Assembly: GCA_026770705.1 (NCBI GenBank)
Contig: JANJGN010000121.1
Span: 1,116,001 to 1,180,000 of the forward strand
From: Isurus oxyrinchus
Lineage: Eukaryota
Length of the DNA: 64,000 bases
Reading direction: 5' to 3'
This document shows, piece by piece, positions 24,566 to 36,084 of this stretch. The position numbers were made by a program, and so were the translations under genes. The stretch's first letter is position 1; each line of letters starts with the position of its first letter. The notes under the pieces are model-generated. The model had not been told where the DNA came from. It saw only the letters and a list, made by a program, of their open reading frames with translations, and did no database searches.

Positions 24566-25083
24566 CTCTTGTCCGACAGCTCTCAAGAGATCAGAACTGC
24601 TTTTAGACAATGTCTTCACAGACTAATTTGGTTCTCTGTGGGATGATAGGTGCTCTGCAGAGAGTTAAAAAGCTGTAAAAAAATAAATCAGTGAAGGACT
24701 TGCATTTCTATAGCACCTTTCACCACCTCAGGATGTCCCAAAGCTCATGTCCCTGCTCTTCCCTCATCCTTTGAGCTAGAAAGATGTTCTGTACAACAGA
24801 CCTGAGCCTCACACCCTGATCTTAATAATCAGTAGAAATCTTTCAAAGGCATCAATCATTGGAATCTGTCTTTATAAAGTCACAACATCAACAAAGGATG
24901 GTGTTGGTGGTGGAAGTGAATTCCAATCGTTCCGTTACTTACCCAGGACCTGTCCGACTGCTCGCCTGGGGAGGAACTGCCCACACGCTCTGCTTGGGCT
25001 GAATGACCTCTTCCTGTGCTGCTCCCTCTGTGTGTTTAATTAGAAAGGGTGGATGTGTCACTGTGAGACAAAATGAGGAAGTT
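24566..25083 (-). promoter_or_regulatory. S2 proximal leader: UTR exon 2 (24566-24654), exon 1 (donor 24943), PU.1-type site 25070-25083
   Basis: Paralogous to 4692-5209 with splice sites conserved. Confidence 0.7.
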
Positions 25084-25312
25084 GGATCAAAGTGACAGAG
25101 CAGCTCCTGTTTTGAGATGCTGGTAAACTGTTAACCGTTTGTGTCCTGACCCTGTGGTGATATTTCTGCTCACAGGTGGACAGTCATTGACCAGGAGTTT
25201 CTCCTTTGGGTCAGTGGGTTTCACAGCCAAATTCAGGGGGTCAGAACATTGTGGGGTTCAAGACCCGATTCAGGGGACGTCTGCCCCACACAGTAGACTG
25301 AAACTCCCCAGT

Positions 25313-25527
25313 GTCAGTACTGAGCAAGTGCTACACTGTTGGATGGTCATTACTGAGCGAGTGTTTCACTATTGTAAGGTCAGTACTGAGGGAGATCTCC
25401 ACTGTTTGAGGGTCAGTACTGAGGGATTGCTGCACTGTCAGAGGGACATTAATCAGGGAGTGCTGCAATGTTGGAGGATCAGTACTGAGGGAGTGCTGCA
25501 CTGTTGGAGGGTCAGTATTAAGGTGCT
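25313..25527 (+). repeat. 33-bp minisatellite (degenerate)
   Basis: About 6 units. Confidence 0.8.
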
Positions 25528-25679
25528 GATTTACAAGACAGGACAATGGATTAGGAGCCCTCAGAACTCCCCCCATTATCACCGTCATGAATCACTAATT
25601 AGCCTAACATTCCTGTCTGCTCTTCAACACAGCTGATTGGTTAATCTGATTCAATCTGATTGGTGCACTTTGTATGTTC

Positions 25680-25858
25680 ATTGTCTAAGGAATCTCTTTG
25701 GATCCTCATTGTCTAAGGAATCTCTTTGGATCCTCATTGTCTGAGGAATCTCTTTGGATCCTCATTGTCTAAGGAATCTTTTTGGATCCTCATTGACTAA
25801 GGAATCTCTTTGGATCCTCATTGTCTATGGAATCTCTTTGGATCCTCATTGTCTAAGG
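25680..25858 (+). repeat. 28-bp tandem repeat x6
   Basis: TTGTCTAAGGAATCTCTTTGGATCCTCA; three copies also at 60385-60473. Confidence 0.9.
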
Positions 25859-26643
25859 GATTATTTCTGATCCAAACCCCATATTGTTGTATTGTTGATT
25901 CCGATGCAGCATTGTAGACTGACTTGTCCCCAAGCTCAGCGCTGACCCTACTCCAGCAGACACTGTGAAACACACTAACAAAGTGCCTCTAGCCTGAGCT
26001 CTGCATGTGTCGAGAGAAAGACAAATATACAAACTGAATATTGACCCATTTACACACGGACAGCTTTACCTTCCTTCTCTCTTTCAGTTATCTTGCTCCC
26101 TTATTGAAGTATCTAGCAAGGTGAGAATGGACAGGAAGTGTGACACTGAACAGCCTGTCTATTCTAGGAGCTGCTGTGTTGTCTTCATGGGAAATTCTGA
26201 TTAAAATCAGGAAAAGACACAAATTTCATTCCTTTGCTATCAGAGTCCAAGCATCAGGATAGACTTCATCCCCCAGTATTTATCACTGTTTCTCGACTCA
26301 ACACCTCACACCCTCTGCCACTCGCTGACCTGCACTGGCTCCCAGTCCAGCAGAGCCTCGAGTTTAAGACTCTCATCCTCAATTTCCATTCCCTCCATTC
26401 CTCTTCTCCAATCACTTTCTCCTCCAACCATGCAAACCTCAAAGTCCTCTGCTCTCCTCCAATTCTGCTGTCAGACAGGGAGTCAGTGTATATCAGTGAG
26501 CACAGGGGTGATGGGTGAATGGGACTTGGTGTGAGATTGTACACTGGCTCACTGCTGAATCTGTTCCCAATCAGAGCTCAATAAGAATTATGTTTTACAA
26601 AGGTGATTAGCCATAAATCTATCCGAGCTGACAATGATATTAC

Positions 26644-26683
26644 CTTGGAGAAGTGACAGGAGGAAGTAAGATTTCCTGATCAT
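26644..26683 (-). CDS. S2 distal (alternative) signal-peptide exon MIRKSYFLLSLLQ
   Basis: ATG at 26683, 40 nt, AAG|gtaat donor. Confidence 0.8.
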
Positions 26684-26749
26684 TGTCCACTCCCAGGTAT
26701 TTCATTGGTTCTCAAGCTGTGAAAGAGAAATGAGTTAACGAGACCTCAC

Positions 26750-27267
26750 CTCTTGTCCGACACCTCTCGAGAGATCGGAACTGCTTTTAGACAATGTCTT
26801 CACAGACTAATTTCATTCTCTGTGGGATGATAGTTGCTCTGCAGAGAGTTATAAGGCTTTAAGAAAGTAAAACAATGAAGGACTTGCATTTCTATATCAC
26901 CTTTTACCTGCTCAGGACACCCCAAAGCTCATGTCCCTGCACTTCCCTCATCCCTTGAGCTAGAAAGATGTTCTGTACAACAGACTTGAGCCTCACACCC
27001 AGATCTCAATAATCAGTAGAAATCTTTCAAAGGCATCAATCATTGGAATCTGTCTTTATAAAGTCACAACATCAACAAAGGACGGTGTTGGTGGTGGAAG
27101 TGAATTCCAATCGTTCCGTTACTTACCCAGGACCTGTCCGACTGCTCGCCTGGGGAGGAACTGCCCACACGCTCTGCTTGGGCTGAATGACCTCTTCCTG
27201 TGCTGCTCCCTATTTGTGTTTAATTAGAAAGGGTTGATGTGTCACTGTGAGACAAAATGAGGAAGTG
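26750..27267 (-). promoter_or_regulatory. S2 distal leader: UTR exon 2 (26750-26838), exon 1 (donor 27127), PU.1 site 27254-27267
   Basis: Paralogous leader cassette with AAAATGAGGAAGTG intact. Confidence 0.7.
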
Positions 27268-27374
27268 GTTAGTACCAAGTTAGAAAGCAACTCTTTGCCT
27301 CACACAGTTAGAAAACTGTTAACCCTTTGCGTGCCAAGAATGTGGCTGAAGGGCCATCGACTGTTCACATGCAA

Positions 27375-28135
27375 CAAGCTCGAGGTGGTTGAACGGGCCT
27401 CCTCCTGTTCCTGTGTAACAGGCTTGAGGGGCTGAATGGACCTTCTCCTGTTCCTGTGTAACAGGCTCGAGGTGGTTGAACGGGCCTCCTCCTGTTCCTG
27501 TGTAAGAGGCTTGTGTGGCTGAATGGGCCTCCTCCTGTTCCTGTGTAGCAGGCTTGAGGGGCTGAATGGGCCTCCTCCTGTTCCTGTAAAACTGCCTCGA
27601 GGGACTGAATGAACCTCCTCCTCCGTTTCTTGTGTAAGAGGCTTGAGGGGCTGTTTGGGCCCCCTCATGTTCTTATATAAGATGCTCGTGTGGCTGAATG
27701 AGACTTCTCCTGTTCCTATGTAACTGACTTGAGGGGCTTAATGGACCTCCTCCTGTTCCTGTTCATCAAGCTCATGGGGCTGAAATGACCTCATTCCGTT
27801 CTGGTGTTAGAGGCTTGAAGTTATAAATGGGCCTCCTCCTGTTACTGTGTAACAGTCTCGAGGGGCTGAATGGGCCTCCTCCTGTTGCTGTGTAACAGGC
27901 TCGAGGGGCTGAATGGGCTTCCTCCTGTTGCTGTGTAACAGGCTCGAGGGGCTGAATGGGCCTCCTCCTGTTCCTGTATAACAGGCTTGAGGGGCTGAAT
28001 GGCCTCCTCCTGTTCCTGTGTAATAGGCTCGAGGGGCTGAATGGCCTCCTCCTGTTCCTGTGTAACAGGCTCGAGGAGGGTGAATGGCCTCCTCCTGTTC
28101 CTGTGTAACAGGGTCGCGGGGCTGAATGTCCTCCT
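27375..28135 (+). repeat. ~43-bp minisatellite derived from a CR1 3' terminus
   Basis: Unit GGCTCGAGGGGCTGAATGGGCCTCCTCCTGTTCCTGTGTAACA, about 17 copies. Confidence 0.9.
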
Positions 28136-29473
28136 CTCATTAAAAATAAATACTGCAGATGTTGTAAATCTTCAATAAAAACGGAAAATGCTGCCTTAGC
28201 TCAGCAGGTCTGGCAGCAGCTGTGGAGAGAGAAACAGAGTTTTTGCTTATAGACTCTGAAGAAGGGTCATACGGACTCGAAATGTTAATTCTGTTTATCT
28301 CTGCACAGATGCTGCCAGACCGACTCAGTTTCTCCAGCATTTTCTGTTTTTATTTCAGGTGCTCTCTTGTTCCTGTGTAGCAGGTTCGAGGGGGCTGAAT
28401 GGCCTCCTCCTGTTCCTATTCAATGGGCAGTCAAGGTATGCGTCTGATTTTGGACCTCAAACCCAATTCTGTCCTCAGGACATTGACAGATGGAGAGACC
28501 AGTTACAGATCAATGCAGGAGGATTATTTATTTTCCCAATCTTTTATCCAAGAATGTCATCAAACATAGAGCAGAACCAGGATCAAGGATGTTGGTCTCT
28601 GTAATCTGTAACACATCGCACAGTCCAGCCATCCACTCAGCCTTCAGGATGGATGCTAATTGTACTCTCCAAGTGTGAAAGACTAAAATTGAGGTTTATT
28701 GCAGCTATATCTCATTCTGTTATCAAAGCTGTCTCATCCATCCATGACATATTGAAGAAGGTAAACCTGCAACCAATTTTTCACATCATAATTTCCTATG
28801 TTCATTGGCAACATCAATGTAAACATGTCACGCTGAAATGATGTCCTGCCACCAGTGGTGGCACTGTAGCACATCTGTTATCCTCTGAGCTGCAGAGAAC
28901 TTCTCAAATCTCCAAACAAATTGTTTCCCTGTTTCCCAGATTGCTGTTAGTTTTGCTGTTTAACGATGAAGTGTAAAATCCAAATATATATCTGAAAATA
29001 CATTTGATTACAAAATGCTGAGTAAATTTTGCCAATCTCCTCTGCTCCAATTATCCACCGATCCTGCATTTCCTGAAGTCTACACTGGCTGATGAATATT
29101 CTGTAAACACTGACAGACAGGAAGGTGAATAACAGAATGAAAATTAACTCATAATCATGGACACGGGATTGAATTTGTCCGTTCTGTCCTGGTACATCAT
29201 CGAACGATATCTAAAGACATTTACAATCAGAATGGAGAGAAGGATGTTTCCAACAGGGAGGGACAATTCTGAAGGAGGATGTTCAAATTGAAACCCACAG
29301 ACAATCATCCTGGATAGATCATTCCGAAGAAATTCCATCAGATTGTAACAAGAGGTTTAAATCTATTTCCTGGGAGTGAGTTCCTGTGGATATTAGGAAG
29401 GTAAATTGGAGTTTTGAATGATTCTCCCATTCTGTATTCTCCCCACACTGTGTGTGTCTCATTCTTGCTCAGT

Positions 29474-29590
29474 TTATAAATTCCCATAAACAGAATCCTC
29501 AGCAAATTCACAGTTTGCGTAAAGATCATCATCTGTATCAGGATTGACTCCGCGGTTAGATTTCATTTCCACATCCTTCTCATCTTTCTT
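29474..29590 (-). CDS. S3 terminal cytoplasmic exon with two YxN motifs
   Basis: tttctattacag|AAG; KKDEKDVEMKSNRGVNPDTDDDLYANCEFAEDSVYGNL*; not in the ORF track. Confidence 0.75.
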   Translation of the reverse strand, partial: KKDEKDVEMKSNRGVNPDTDDDLYANCEFAEDSVYGNL

Positions 29591-29686
29591 CTGTAATAGA
29601 AACAGAAATGATCAGAGTGACAATCAGAGTGATCAGTGTTTAGTATTATTGATCCAAATCGAAAATTCCACCCACAATAGATACAT

Positions 29687-30282
29687 TAATTATTGATACT
29701 GAACAGGGTTTGATTATTGATACTGAACGTGGTTTGATTATTGATACTGAACGGAGTTTGATTATTGATACTGAACGGGGTTTGATTATTGATTCTGAAC
29801 GGGGTTTGATTATTGATACTGAACGAGGTTTGATTATTAATTCTGAACGGGGTTTGATTATTGATTCTGAACGGGGTTTGTTTATTGATTCTGAACAGGG
29901 TTTGATTATTGATTTTGAACGGGGTTTGATTATTGATACTGATCGGGGTTTGATTATTGATTCTGAACGGGGTTTGATTATTAATTCTGAACGGGGTTTG
30001 ATTATTGATATTGAACGGGGTTTGGTTATTGATACTGAACGGGGTTTGATTATTGATTCTGAATGGGGTTTGATTATTTATTCTGAACGGGGTTTGATTA
30101 TTGATTCTGAACGGGGTTTGATTATTGATACTGAACGGGGTTTGATTATTGATTCTGAACGGGGTTTGATTATTGATTCTGAACGGGGTGTGATTATTGA
30201 TTCTGAACGGGGTTTGATTATTGATTCTGAACGGGGTTTGATTATTGATTCTGATCGGGGTTTGATTATTGATTCTGAACGG
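29687..30282 (+). repeat. 24-bp minisatellite, about 25 copies
   Basis: Unit TTGATTATTGATTCTGAACGGGGT. Confidence 0.95.
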
Positions 30283-30415
30283 TGTTGGGTGTGAGTTTGG
30301 TTGGGTTTGGGAGTGACTGTATAAAACATTGCAGATACAGGACTGGAGCAGCCATATCAATAACCAGGCTACTGGAGCAGCTGAGAGGCTGGGGATCCTG
30401 TGGTGTGTGACTCAC

Positions 30416-30520
30416 CTGATTCCTCAAAGCCCAACCACGCTCACAGTTTTCATAAACAGGACCTCGATATTCATCAACACGGTGGTTTGATTTGATTCCT
30501 GCTTTCCTCTCGCCTCTCTT
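30416..30520 (-). CDS. S3 internal cytoplasmic exon (phase 0-0) with YEN motif
   Basis: ctctattacag|AAG ... CAG|gtgagt; KRGERKAGIKSNHRVDEYRGPVYENCERGWALRNQ; paralog of exon 29474-29590. Confidence 0.72.
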
Positions 30521-30589
30521 CTGTAATAGAGATGGAAATGGACAGAGTGACTATCAACATGATGTGTATTCGGTGTTGGGTTTGATTAT

Positions 30590-30865
30590 TGGGGAGAGAG
30601 TTCCAGATTTCCACTTCCCTTTGTGTGAAGAAGTGCTTCCTGACATCACCCCTGAACGGCCTGGCTCCAATCTGAAGTTCCGGCCCCCTTGTTCTGGACT
30701 CCACCCGACACCCACCACCCACCCCCACCCGAGGGAATAGCTTCTCTCTATCGACCCTATCGAGTGTTTAATCAGTTTGAACCGTTCAATTAGATCCCTT
30801 CTTAATCTTCTAGACCCGAGGGAATATAATCGTAGACTGTGTGTAACCTGTCTGCATAATTTAAC
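30590..30865 (-). mobile_element. CR1 fragment
   Basis: LYSLGSRRLRRDLIE; DVRKHFFTQREVEIWNSLP. Confidence 0.8.
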
Positions 30866-31310
30866 CAGAAAGATGTTCTGTACAACAAACCTGAGCCTCA
30901 CACCCAGATCTCAATCATCAGTAGAAATCTTTCAAAGGCATCAATCATTGGAATCTGTCTTTATAAAGTCACAACATCAACAAAGGACGGTGTTGGTGGT
31001 GGAAGTGAATTCCAATCGTTCCGTTACTTACCCAGGACCTGTCCGACTGCTCGCCTGGGGAGGAACTGCCCACACGCTCTGCTTGGGCTGAATGACCTCT
31101 TCCTGTGCTGCTCCCTCTGTGTGTTTAATTAGAAAGGGTGCATGTGTCTCTGTGAGTCAAATCAGGAATTGGGGAACAATTGTGAAAACCCTTTCATTGA
31201 AACGTAGGGACTTAGTGTTGTGTTGTAAGCAAACTGTTAACCCTTTGTGTCCTGACTCTGTGACGTGATTCCTGTGTAAAGCTGAGCAGTCGTTGAAAGA
31301 GTTTCAATTC
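30866..31310 (-). promoter_or_regulatory. Orphan copy of Siglec promoter and exon 1 (donor 31032), without exon 2 or signal exon
   Basis: Near-identical to 24778-25070 plus upstream homology to 25125-25200. Confidence 0.75.
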
Positions 31311-31399
31311 ACTGCTCAATCCAGGTGTTGAGGTGGATCTTCTGAAGGAGCAGATGTTGCTCAGCGCTCCTTAAAAATGTGAGAGACTGAACAACGTGT

Positions 31400-31662
31400 A
31401 AGAGGACGAGAGAAAGAATGAGAAGGAGAGCATTAGTGGAGATAGGAGAGAGAGTGAATGAGGGAGAGAATGAGAAGGAGAGCTAGTGGAGATTGGAGAG
31501 AGAGTGAATGAGAGAGAGAATGAGAAGGAGAGCATTAGTGGAGGTAAGAGAGAGTGAATGAGAGAGAGAATGAGAAGGAGAGCATTAGTGGAGATTGGAG
31601 AGAGAGTGAATGAGAGAGAGAATGAGAAGGCGTGCATTAGTGGAGGTAAGAGAGAGTGAATG
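31400..31662 (+). repeat. GA-rich ~56-60-bp tandem repeat
   Basis: GAGAGAGTGAATGAGAGAGAGAATGAGAAGGAGAGCATTAGTGGAG x4-5. Confidence 0.8.
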
Positions 31663-31972
31663 AAACATGGAAAAAGGAAAGAGATTGCATTCACTAACAA
31701 AAGAAAGGTTTTCATTTATATAGCACCTTTCACATCCTCAGTAGGTCACAAAGTATCTTATGGTCCAGGTCAACACTGCCAATTACAGGTCTGAGTTGTG
31801 AAACAGTGAATGTTGGATGAGATGTTAAACAGTAGGTGAACATCAAAACTCTTCAGGGGCTGTGAAGGGTTTTGGATTGTAAAAGGTGTTATAGAAATGC
31901 AAGTTCTTTCTATAAGGAGAGAAGTTTGAAGAAAACATTTTCAAAAACAACCAATTAAACCTTCACACTTAC

Positions 31973-32069
31973 TTTCTCACACACTTGAAGATGAAGAATC
32001 CACTCAGTCCAACACTCAAACAGATTCCAGCTCCAAGCAATCCTGCTTTCCATTCATTGGAATCTCGCC
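31973..32069 (-). CDS. S3 transmembrane exon (phase 1-2)
   Basis: ttttacag|GG ... AA|gtaagt; RDSNEWKAGLLGAGICLSVGLSGFFIFKCVRK; same 97-nt length as, and homologous to, the S4 TM exon. Confidence 0.82.
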
Positions 32070-32244
32070 CTGTAAAATCAGCCAATGAATGACTCCGGTA
32101 CAGTTTGAGAATGGTTCCCTGTGTACATGTAGTAATTCTGAACTTGTGAAGTGATATTGTCTATGCATGAAAGGTCTATACAAATAACATTTATCTATGT
32201 AATATTTATTGATAATATCCATGTACATGCAGGTTTCTATAAGG

Positions 32245-33300
32245 AGGATTCACATATAACAGAGGTGCCAAGCTGCTGAGGTGACACACAGGACTTCATA
32301 CACACCAAACAGCGGAAACAACATGCTATAGACAGAGCAAAGCGATCCCACAACCAACGGGTAAGATCTAAGCTCTGCAGTCCTGCCACATCCAGTCATG
32401 AATGGTGATGGACAATTAAAGATCTAACAGGAGGAGGATGTTCCACAAATATCCCCATCCTTAATGATGGGGGAGCTCAGCACATCAGTGCAAACGACAA
32501 GGCTGAAGCATTGGCAACCATGTTCAGCCAGAAGTGCTGAGTGGATGATCCATCTCGGCCTCCTCCAGAGGGTCCTAGCATCACAGATGTCAGCTTTCAG
32601 ACAATTCGATTGACTCCACGTGACATCAGGAATCAGCTGATGATACTGGCTACAGCAAAGGCTATTGGCCCTGGCAACAACCCAGCAACAGGAAATAATG
32701 TGGCTACAAATGCGAGTATGAGTCTGGGAACTCTGTGGTGAGTAATTCAACTCCTGACTCCCCAAAGCCTGCCCACCATCGACCAGGTACAAGTCAGGAG
32801 TGTGATGGAATAATCTCCACTTGGCTGGATAAGTGCAGCTCCAACAACACTCAAGAAGCTCGACACCATCCTGGAGCAGCTTGTTTGATCGACAGCCCAT
32901 CCACCAGCATAAACATTCATACCCTACATCTCTGGCACACAATGGCAGCAGTGTGTGAACCATCTACAAGATGCGCTGCAGCAACTCACCAAGGCTCCTT
33001 CGACAGCACCTTCCAAACTCTTAACCTCTTCCGCTGAGACAGTTCCAAGTCAGTATGGTGTGTGATTTGGAAGCGAACTTGAGGTGGTGGTCTGCCCTGG
33101 ACTTGGAACTATATCGGCCGTTCCTTCACCATCACTGGGACAAAATCCTGGAACTCCCTCCCTAACAGCACTGTGGGTGTGCCTACACCACATGGACTGC
33201 TTTGGTTAAAGAAGGCAGCTCACCACCACCTTCTCAAGGGGCAGTTACAGATGGGCAATAATTTCTGGTCTTGTCAACAATGCCCACATCCCATGAGCTA
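32245..33300 (+). mobile_element. Non-LTR retrotransposon (LINE) fragments
   Basis: Same family as 41940-43000 and 63340-64000 (SAAPTTLKKLDTI-type RT C-terminus). Confidence 0.8.
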
Positions 33301-33330
33301 ATAACAAGAGAACGTTCAATTCTGTGTAAT

Positions 33331-33589
33331 CCCTCCACTGCTCCATGTTCATTCTCTGCCACACACTGATAGTCTCCAGTGTCCCTGGATGTGACCTGAG
33401 GAATCACCAACCACAGCTCATTGTTGGAACTTGTTCTGTTCATTGGGACATTAAGATGTCGCCACGTCAGGTTAGAAGCTGGGAAGCTCTCGACAGAGCA
33501 GATTATCACTGCCGAATTCCCCTCAATTATATTGATCGATGAAGCGTTAATCATATCAAGAGAATTAATTGAGAGATTCTGTGGTGTGT
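33331..33589 (-). pseudogene. S3 C2 pseudo-exon
   Basis: C2 ORF open to HGAVEG, but the final strand and donor are missing; 13-nt polypyrimidine tract deleted relative to the homologous acceptor at 10293-10310. Confidence 0.8.
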
Positions 33590-33705
33590 CTGATCAGTTA
33601 CTTACATTGACTGTGAAACACTTTGAGAGACCCTGAGAATGTGAAAGGTGTGATATCAGTGTAGGTTCCTTCACCACAAAGCACTTAATTCAGTCAGACA
33701 CTTCA

Positions 33706-34102
33706 GTTCAGTACTGAGGGAGTGCTGTACTGTTGGAGGGTCAGTACTGATGGAGTGCTGCACTGTTGGAGGGTCAGTACTGAGGTAGTGCTGCACTGTC
33801 AGAGGGTCAGTACTGAGGGAGAGCTGCCCTCTTGGAGCGTGAGTACTGATGACCTGCTGCACTGTTGGAGGGCAGGTGCTGTGAAAGCTGCACTGCCGCA
33901 TAGTCAGTACTGAGCAAGTACTTCACTGTCAGAGAATCAGTACTGAGGGAGTGCTGCACTGTTGGAGGAACAGTACTGAGGGAGTGCTGCACTGTCAGAG
34001 GGTCAGTACTGAGGGAGTGCTGCACTGTCGGAGGGTCAGTACTGAGGGAGTGCTGCAATGTCGGAGGGTCAGTAATTAGGGAGCTCTGCACTGTTGGAGG
34101 GT
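33706..34102 (+). repeat. 33-bp minisatellite
   Basis: About 12 units, same intronic position as 10425-10765. Confidence 0.9.
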
Positions 34103-34104
34103 GA

Positions 34105-36083
34105 TAAGACCATAAGACCACAAGACATCAGAGCAGAAGGAGGTCATTCGGCCAATCAACTCTGCTCCGCCATTCAATGACACTATGGCTGATCTGACAA
34201 TCCTGAACTCCACTTTCCTGCCTCTTCCCCATAGCCTTTGATTCCCTGACTGATTAAAAAACTGTGTATCTCAGCCTTGAATATAATTAATGACCCAGCC
34301 TCTGCAGCTCTCTGCAGTAAAGAATTCCACACATTCACTACCCTCTGAGAGAAGAAACTCCTCATCTCTGTCTTAAATGGGTGACCCCTTACTCTGAGAT
34401 TAAGCCCTCTGGTCCTAGACTCTCCCACAAGGGGAAACAACCTCTCAGCATCTACCCTGTCAAGCGCCTAAGAATCTTATATGTTTCAATAAGGTCAGCT
34501 CTCATTCTCCTAAACTCCAATGAGTACAGGCCCATCCTACTCAACCTCTTCTCATATGAAAATCCCTCCATTACTGGGATCAACCTAGTGAACCTTCTCT
34601 GGACTGCCTCCAATACCAGTACATCTTTCCTTAGATAAGGGGACCAAATCTGCTCACAGTATTCTAGGTGTGGTCTAACTAGTGCCTTGTACAGTTTTAG
34701 CAAGGCTTCCCTATTTTTATACTCCATTCCCTTTGAAATAAAGGCCAACATTCCACCTGCCTTCCCTATTAACAGCACTGATCCCTGTGGCAATCCAGAG
34801 GTTGCCATCCTGAAAATGCCCCCCTTATCTCAACTCTCTGACTTCTATTAGTTCGCCGATCCTCTATCCATGCTAATATACTGCCCCCAACACCATGGGC
34901 TCTTATCTTATTAAGTAGCCTTATATGTGATACTTTACTGAACGACTTTTGGAAATCCAAATATATTACATCTACTGGCTCCCCTTTATCTATCCTGTTT
35001 GTTACCTCCTCAAAGAATTCTAATAAATTTGTCATGCATGATTTCCCCTTCATGAAGCCTGTGTGTGATTAAATTATGCATTTCTAAATAGTCTGCTATT
35101 ACATCCTTTATAATGGACTCTAACATGTTCCCAATGACAGATGTTAAGCTCACTGGCCTATAGTTACCTGTTTGTTGTCTCCCTCCCTTTTTGAATATGG
35201 GTGTTACTTTGGCAGATTTCCAATCCTCTGGGACTTGCCCAGAATCTAAGGATTCTTGGAAGATTAAAACCAGTACATCCACTATCTCTGCATCTACTTC
35301 CTTTAATATCCTAAGATGCAACCTATCAGGTCCAGGGGACCTATCAGACTTGAGACCCATGAGTTTCCCTAGTATTACTCTCTAGTGATAGTTATTGTAT
35401 TTATTTCCTCTCCCCACCCCCCTTTTGCCCCTTGATTATTTAGTATTTTTGGAATGCTATTAGTGTGTTCTACCGTGAAGACTGATGCAAAGTATTTATT
35501 CAACTCCTCTGTCATTTCCTGGCTCCTCATTATTATTTCCCCAGCCTAGTTCTCTAAGGGGCCCATGTTCACTTTGGTCTCTCTCTCCCTTTTTATATAC
35601 TTAAAGAAGCTTTTACTGTCCTTTTTTTAATAATTTGCTAGTTTACATAGTTTTCTGCCTCTTTATTTATTTTTTGGTCATCTTCTGTTGGTTTTTAAAA
35701 CGTTCCCAATCCTCTGGCTTACCACTAACCATATTGCATGGTTTCTCTTTCAATTTGACACACACCTTAACTTCTTTGGGTAACCCAGGTTGGTTTATTC
35801 TCTTCCTACAATCCTTCTTCCTCACTGGGATATATCTTTGTTGTGAGTCATGAGCTATTTTCTTAAAGATCTGCCATTGTTCATCCTCCATCTTTTCTGC
35901 TAAACCCCTTTCCCAGTCCACTCCAGACAACCCTGTCCTTATTCCTTTGTAATTACACTTATTTAAGTCCAGCACAGTTGCTTCCGACCCAAGTTTCTCA
36001 GTCTCAGAGGGAATGCTAAATTCTACCAGGTTATGGTCACTGTTTTCCAGGGGATCATTTATTCTGAGATCATGTATTAAACC
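34105..36083 (-). mobile_element. CR1 LINE, ~2 kb ORF2 remnant
   Basis: SPGPDRLH, GNYRPVSLTS, VDVIYLDFQK, LVRPHLEYCEQIWSPY; frameshifted. Confidence 0.93.
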
Positions 36084-36084
36084 T

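Noticed and set aside
25680-28135. 28-bp and 43-bp arrays as possible CRISPR-like repeats
   Set aside because: Head-to-tail with no unique spacers, eukaryotic context; the 43-mer is a CR1 3' end
29686-30360. RINNQTPF / IIDSERGL repeat ORFs
   Set aside because: 24-bp minisatellite open on both strands, intronic between the S3 tail exons
31300-31370. Candidate phase 2-to-0 linker exon for S3
   Set aside because: The frame from the ttaag acceptor reaches TGA with no phase-0 donor
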